A stretch of DNA of 64,000 nt from Balanoglossus misakiensis (lineage: Eukaryota; Animalia; Hemichordata), in assembly GCA_040954595.2 (NCBI GenBank), contig CM082579.2, positions 10,715,625 to 10,779,624 on the forward strand, given 5' to 3'. How positions within the stretch are numbered: position 1 is the first letter of the stretch; every line of letters starts with the position of its first letter. The notes beneath the pieces were generated by a model. It was not told the origin of the DNA. It searched no databases and was given only the letters and a program-made list of their open reading frames with translations. This document shows, in pieces, positions 57,690 through 64,000 of this stretch. The position numbers and the translations under genes are program-made.

Positions 57690-60600
57690 ATGGCAGTGAC
57701 ACTGAGTGCCATACCAGAAGATCCAGTGTACTCTGAGGACACAGTTTTGACCGATCTCGATTCAAATACGAACGGAACTTTTCTCATTCCTTGTATTCCC
57801 GACGCCCCACCCGAAGCCATTGGAGTGGACGCCGAAGAGTGGCAGCAGGCAAGTTTATCGTTTGTATTTTTCCCAGGCTTTCGGATTTTTAACGCCCGTT
57901 TATCAATTGATCGCTTTGATATTTAGTGAATGAGTCTATCACTTCCAGGAATTATGTAATTACCACCATTGACAATTAGCACCACGCCGTTTTAGACAGA
58001 CTTCATGCAGTGAATGACGAAATTGGCGTTGTGGTTATCAGAGCCTGACACATCAACAACTTGCTTTTCAGTTCGCCATGACCCGTTCTCGTTAGCCTTG
58101 GCACTCCAATTTATGCCACCGACCTCGCACTTTTCGCTCAAAACAACTCGGTAACCGTAATTTCGGATGACTTCAAGCGGGAAACGCTAAATGTTCGTAC
58201 ACTTCAAAAAACCGTCACACATTCCATCACGTATACGTCAGCGAACAATAGGCAATCTATGTAGACTGATGGATTTCGCAATACTCCATACCACCACTAC
58301 GTGAGAAAATCGCTGATGTCATGTGTTCATAAAATTGCTACATTTACCAGTGTTGACCTCTAATTTTACTTGGCAGTCAGGAATAAAGTTTCTCAAACTG
58401 CTGATTTACTTAATCTCCGACGTTTCAAGTACGGTACTTACATAAGTATTTTTCGGAGAAGTTCAACATCCGATGGGCCTATTTCATTGAATTTTGGAAT
58501 GGGAAATTCCCTCCATGCGTCTGCTGGACTTCGTTTCACAGAATACATTGCGAAAGTTGATCACTCGCTAATGTGGCATGTATTTTTGAAACCCCACCAA
58601 ACTTTTTAAATATTTTAATTTCATTTGTACGCTGGTGGACTGTGTATGTTATACTGGATAAAGTGATCCTTATATTTCATACAAGGGTTACTATTTAAAA
58701 AATGGCCAATTGTCAGCCTGTACCCGCATCTATTTGGCAGTGTGTGTGTGCAAGCACATTAAAAAAAACTGTTACCTGATGACACCATGGACAAAACACT
58801 ATTCTGTGTTAGTTTACACCGCACATGCCAGTATCTTCTGAAAGCAGGTTTTGATTTTCTTGTTTTTGTGTATTTTTTTCCCAACAGTCTCGTACTGAGC
58901 TGGACAAATATCTGTGGAAACGTGAACCCGCGACACCATCGCCTACAGCAACAACATTTGCCCAGAAAGTTAGGCGAGAGAGTTCATCAGTTATTGATGA
59001 GTTTTTCTCAGAACAGCCCAAATCTCCGCATGTCAACTTAAATGTTAATTTCAACGTCGTGTTCCCCAACCAAGTCAAAGGTGGAATTAACTATAGGGTA
59101 CAGTCGAGTAATTCACTCCAAGCCAAAGTAGATTCAAATTCCAACACGATCAAAGATCCGAACCTGAGTCAACTTTACTGGAGCAGTCTTGCCGCCAAGA
59201 ATACAACAACTTCATCATCACCCATGACAAACGTAAATCAACAGAAAGTTGTGATCAAATCAGAACCAGAGGATTATCCGTCGAGAAACTGTCATCTTCA
59301 CAACACAGTTCCTCCTGCGAGTGGGATTGCAGTTAAGTCGGAACCTCAACCAACAACAGTCAGTCAGTACACTGTACTGCAGAATTTTCCGAGCAACACC
59401 ACAAACTATTCCTATGCGAGAACATATCAGCCGTACAACATTCCCTTGCTGCCACCAACTCCACCCAACTCTCAGCCGGGCTCACCAGGAGAGCAAGCCA
59501 ACAAAGCCTTTCATGAGAACACATACCGACCACCACCTCCGTATCCGATAGCCCTTGGATTGTCGTCTGTCAGTCCCACCAATGCATCGTCATTAGCGAG
59601 ACCTATGAGATACAACAGAAAGAACAATCCGGAATTGGACAAGAGGAGGATACATTTCTGTGATTTTCCGGGTAAGTTTCACTTGAGAAAGGTCAATTTA
59701 GGACTCCACCAAACTTTGCCCGATGATAGACAGAACACCATTGGCTGTTGCTTATTACAACATTTAAGAGAGGTATTTTATTGTGTACATGTGCGTGCAT
59801 GTTATTTGGAATGCTGCAAAGGAGCTGAATTTCTTTGGCCAGTTCTGCTAACTCTGGGAGACTCCCCAAGTAGTACTGACCCCCAGAAAACAAAATCGTT
59901 GTCATTTTTAGACATGCTGATTTTGTCCTCTTTTATTTTGGGGCTTTTTGTTCGGAGTTGAAAAGGGTTTGTCATGGAAGTGGTGCACTCTTGTCAAAGG
60001 CCCCTGACCCAAACGACCCAAACTAAAGAAATACTGAACTCATCACAGCGTTGTATTTATCAGCAAAAGACTTGCGTCTCAAGAATGGGGTGCCATCCAA
60101 GTCCCAACAAGTCCGTATTCTATTCACATACCACAGTGCCCAAATTCACCTGTTTTTATTCTTCAAGGTTCCTTGCTTCATTATTTTAGTCTTTTCTCCT
60201 CCAACAAGAGCCTTGTGAATCCCGTGAGATAGAGCATTTGTGTTGAATCACTGAAGCTTGTCCTTCTTTGTGATGAATACCTTAAAAAAGTGCAAAAAAA
60301 CAGCCTTTGGCGGCGAGATAATACATATAATGAAGTTGAAGAGAATGGCACAGGTTAGAGTGCTTGTGAAGAAAGAACAAAACTTTCAAGTTGAGAACTT
60401 ATATAGGGCCTTACAAAATGGCCTTGTTTGAATTACAAAGAAATTCTTTTAGTAGTTTTACTTTATGAATTAAGATGAAAGAATTTTGATGTTTGTTCAG
60501 TCATGCCTTTAGAATTTACAAAATGTCAGGGAAAAAGCAAAGTTCATGTCAAAGCAAATTTTGTATTCAAAATGACAGATTTTATATCCTTATGCAGGTA

Positions 60601-62553
60601 CCTTTATATATTGAGCCAACAAGATTAATTAAATTAAATGAGAAACTGTCATTATTCTGATGGTAACGGTAATGTTAGGAAATCAATCAGTCACAAAACT
60701 AAAACAGCAATACAATTTTTACAAAAGGGGTTCACATCACCTACAAATTTACACTGGTCAGTGTTACACTGGTGTAACTTTTGAGCCTGGCCAAATTAAA
60801 TAATTGGGACACGTTATGTCAGGCTACACTAAGTCTAGTTTGGTTCAGATACATGTGAGAAGGGGGTTTAGGTCCGGCATAAAATCTCAGACTAATTTTG
60901 CATGTATGGACATGTATAACACCAGCCTTAGTCATTGTAACGATGTCAAGACCGATTTGCAATGGTTACTTTCTTCACTGCCAAATACCCACTTATGTTC
61001 CGTACGCTCACCCGAGAAATAATTGAAGATGTCTCCACTAGTTGAAATGGTCAAATTATTAATTTTCTTGTGCGTAAAAAAATGCATGAACAGTAGAAAT
61101 GGTTCACCGTTTTACCATCGTGCATTTCAAACTTTGATAGGTCAGAGGTCACAAAAGCACTACATTTACGTCAGCCCAAATTCTCAATCATGATCAAATG
61201 TGGATGTGGACCAAAGCTATTCCCTAATTAGCATTAATTGAGTGCAGACAAGCTCCTTGTCAGATGTGTACTCAGCAGATGTCTGTCATTGATAATTGAA
61301 CATCATGTAAATATTTATTCCTGCATTCCAGGTATTCATGATCATGTGTTTCCTTTGAAATTTCCTCTATTGATAAGAAACTTTGACAAAGATTATAAAG
61401 GATTCCAGCAACAAATTTAGCATCAATTAACAATCGTTTTGCCCTATTTCTTAAAAAATATAATGGGAATAAATATGCATGGGGTTATTTTGACAAAAAT
61501 TTCTCATGTAAAATTTCATTTCAAGCACTTGAAATATGTAAACCATCCATTCTCTGTACAATGTTGGCATATTAGCAGGTGTGAAATTCTTTATTATAAT
61601 CGCCCAAACTCCTATTGTAATTGAAAAATACATGTAGCAATGCATTTTACTTTTGACATATTTCTGGTTTTTACTAAATAATGCAGAAATCACATGCATC
61701 TCTGATGAAAATGTGCCTGTGTGTTCAATCTCGCTGTCACTTGTATAGCCAGTGCACCTGCAGAACAGATAAACTTATTTCTATTGTGTGATCTGTAATC
61801 TTTGTGGAAGGAATAAAGAATTTGATGAATTCATGGAGTGCAGAGATATTTACCAAAATTTAGTATTCAAAGATAGACTGTAAATAGTATACATGTACAA
61901 GCTTTCCTTCTAAACACCGGTAACTCATACTATAGATAAATTGACCTAGCATTTCAATGAAATCATTTCTGCTCTAATGTTCCCACAACTTTGAAGGTAA
62001 AAACAAACAATATTGTTGTGTGGTATGCATTCTATTTTCTGTGGGTGTGTAAACCCATATTTCCAACCACACTGAGCAAAGCATTAAGTAAAATCCTGGT
62101 CATTATTACAATACATGTAAAATTGTTTGCAGGACTTATATGAAGAGATCGACTGTCATGAAAGAATTCAAATTATTTCCAGATACAAGATTAAAATGGT
62201 GTCTATCGGACATGCTTTTACTCTTCATGATATTTTAGACTTGCTTAGTATAGTGAAAACCAGTGGAATTCAAAACTAATGTCTTGCGTATTTTTTTATT
62301 TTATTTTGTAGGTTGCGTAAAGGTGTACACGAAGAGTTCTCATCTGAAAGCGCATCAAAGGATTCATACTGGGGAGAAACCTTACAAGTGTTCTTGGAGC
62401 GGTTGCCAATGGCGATTTGCAAGATCCGACGAGTTGACCAGACATTATCGCAAACATACCGGAGCTAAGCCTTTTAAGTGCAAGGTTTGCGAACGAAGCT
62501 TTTCTCGTTCTGATCACCTCTCACTTCACATGAAACGTCACCAAGATAAATAG
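57690..62553 (+). CDS. KLF5: Kruppel-like factor 5, 3 exons, ~394 aa
   Basis: Exons 57690-57848 (GC donor), 58888-59671, 62312-62553 total 1185 nt. KLF5 hallmarks: [69 protein letters not shown], and three C2H2 fingers with [25 protein letters not shown]. Confidence 0.93.
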
Positions 62554-62580
62554 CAATGACAATTTTGGGGATTGAATTAA

Positions 62581-62884
62581 AGCAGGTATCTGTCGTCTCA
62601 CACGCACGTTCCAACTGTAGCCGCTGGTTACAGACATTTAGTGAACAGTCAATCCCATAAGGCAGTGCTCTGTCCTAACAACAGACAAGATAGCGGCGAC
62701 CATAATCTGTGTCGGAGATCGGGAAAAGACACCAGCTTGGGTGAAAAGGAGGGACAAAACCAGAATCTACTTATACGGTGTGCATGAAATATGGAAGGAA
62801 GCGAAGGCAGTCCACTATTTGAATGCATCGAACGGAAAATTTGCTTGGAAGTTACGCGCATGCGCGTGAGACGAGCTACCCGCT
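62581..62884. mobile_element. MITE family C in the KLF5 3' UTR (opposite orientation to the other two copies)
   Basis: TTAA|AGCAGG..GTCGTCTCACACGCA ... TGCGCGTGAGACGAGCTACCCGCT|TTAA; reverse complement of 42971-43272. Confidence 0.88.
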
Positions 62885-64000
62885 TTAACTCATTCAAATG
62901 ACCAACAGTGAAATGAAATTTCATTTTTTTGTACTTTTTTTTCCAAACATTTGTAATGACTGCATTGGAAGGAGTTTACACTGAAAACTTATTGATGATC
63001 AAACTATTCTCTGATGGAAGTTCACAAGTACATATCAAAATTTGTCTTTTTTTTCCTGAAAATTTTAAACTTACAGTGTTTCCTACTGAGGTCATTCCTG
63101 CTGCAACTTGTTCCATGCAAATGCAACTTCTATTTTTCACGAATTTCAATCATATTTTCTATGAATTTAATTTTTACTTTTTAAGTCTTAATTCTGCTAC
63201 AAAGCAAAGGTGCAATGGATTGGAACGACTATTCCACATCAGTACTTATACATAAACTGTTCAGGAATTAATGACAGAGCTTAAACTGCAAGAGTTTTTT
63301 TTTATTCACAGTCACATATTGTAGGATTTAGTGGAACTAGATCACACGGTAGTACAGTGTACCAGCAAAAAAAATAAATGCTTGTAAAGTAGATGACAAA
63401 TAGCCTATGTAGGCTAACACAAACAAATGTAGGCTTTAGTATTTAAATGAATTCACGACAGAAATGAATTGGACCGTTGACCAAATATGTCATTTCCCAG
63501 GCTTACTAATTAATAGGATTAAACTGTCCTTGACATTCCATAGCCTTAGTTACATGTTCACTTTTTATCTGGTAATCACTGTGTATTTATTACAGTAAAC
63601 ATTTGTTCTTGTCCATATTCTATGTACATTTTCAGTGTACTTATAAAGTGCATACTTACGGTAATAGTGCAAAAATATCTATTTATATAACAATTAGACA
63701 AAGTGAGAGGAGAGCAACTTTGCTATTTTTTCACAATTCAGAAGTTGCAGTTTTTAAAAAAAACTGGCACGTACACTTAACATTTGTACTGATTGACAAT
63801 TTGTACATTTTTGCAAATATTTTCAATAAAATTTTGGGAACAATAAGACGTCTTTGAGTAATTTTTTTTACTATGTTCTGAGTGGAACAATGTGATGGGC
63901 AGTTTAGCCGTGGTTACTGAAATCATAAATGGTGGCGATGAACCCCGTAAACTGAGAACAGTGTTGCAGCTAACAAGATGATAGCTTTGATGGCATGATG

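Noticed and set aside
59672-59961. Hydrophobic C-terminal extension of the 300-aa ORF (membrane-tethered KLF idea)
   Set aside because: Read-through past a consensus donor G|GTAAGT; the zinc finger continues at 62312. No evidence for intron retention.
62551-62559. Leaky-looking stop context TAG CAA of KLF5
   Set aside because: TGA follows at once, so read-through would add only two residues.

Overview
This is intron-rich, AT-rich animal DNA, not prokaryotic. The gene set, intron phases and repeats fit a marine invertebrate deuterostome such as a hemichordate or echinoderm (inference). I assembled five complete spliced genes by hand with consistent splice phases: histidyl-tRNA synthetase (HARS, minus), fucose-1-phosphate guanylyltransferase (FPGT, plus, head-to-head with HARS), an Elf/E74-class ETS factor (minus), a divergent anoctamin/TMEM16 (minus) and KLF5 (plus). 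There is also a tRNA-Gln(CTG), a probable last exon of an unidentified gene at the left, and many non-autonomous DNA transposons. No wholly new multi-gene system is supported. The best leads are: a second HARS 5' exon encoding a mitochondrial presequence, a U12 intron in HARS, a GC-AG intron in KLF5, a remodelled anoctamin Ca2+ site, an ATG-TAA element plus an overlapping uORF at the Elf start, an intronic Elf promoter with ELF-type sites, and a CArG-rich KLF5 promoter. All homology calls are by-eye comparisons to remembered family motifs; no searches were run.
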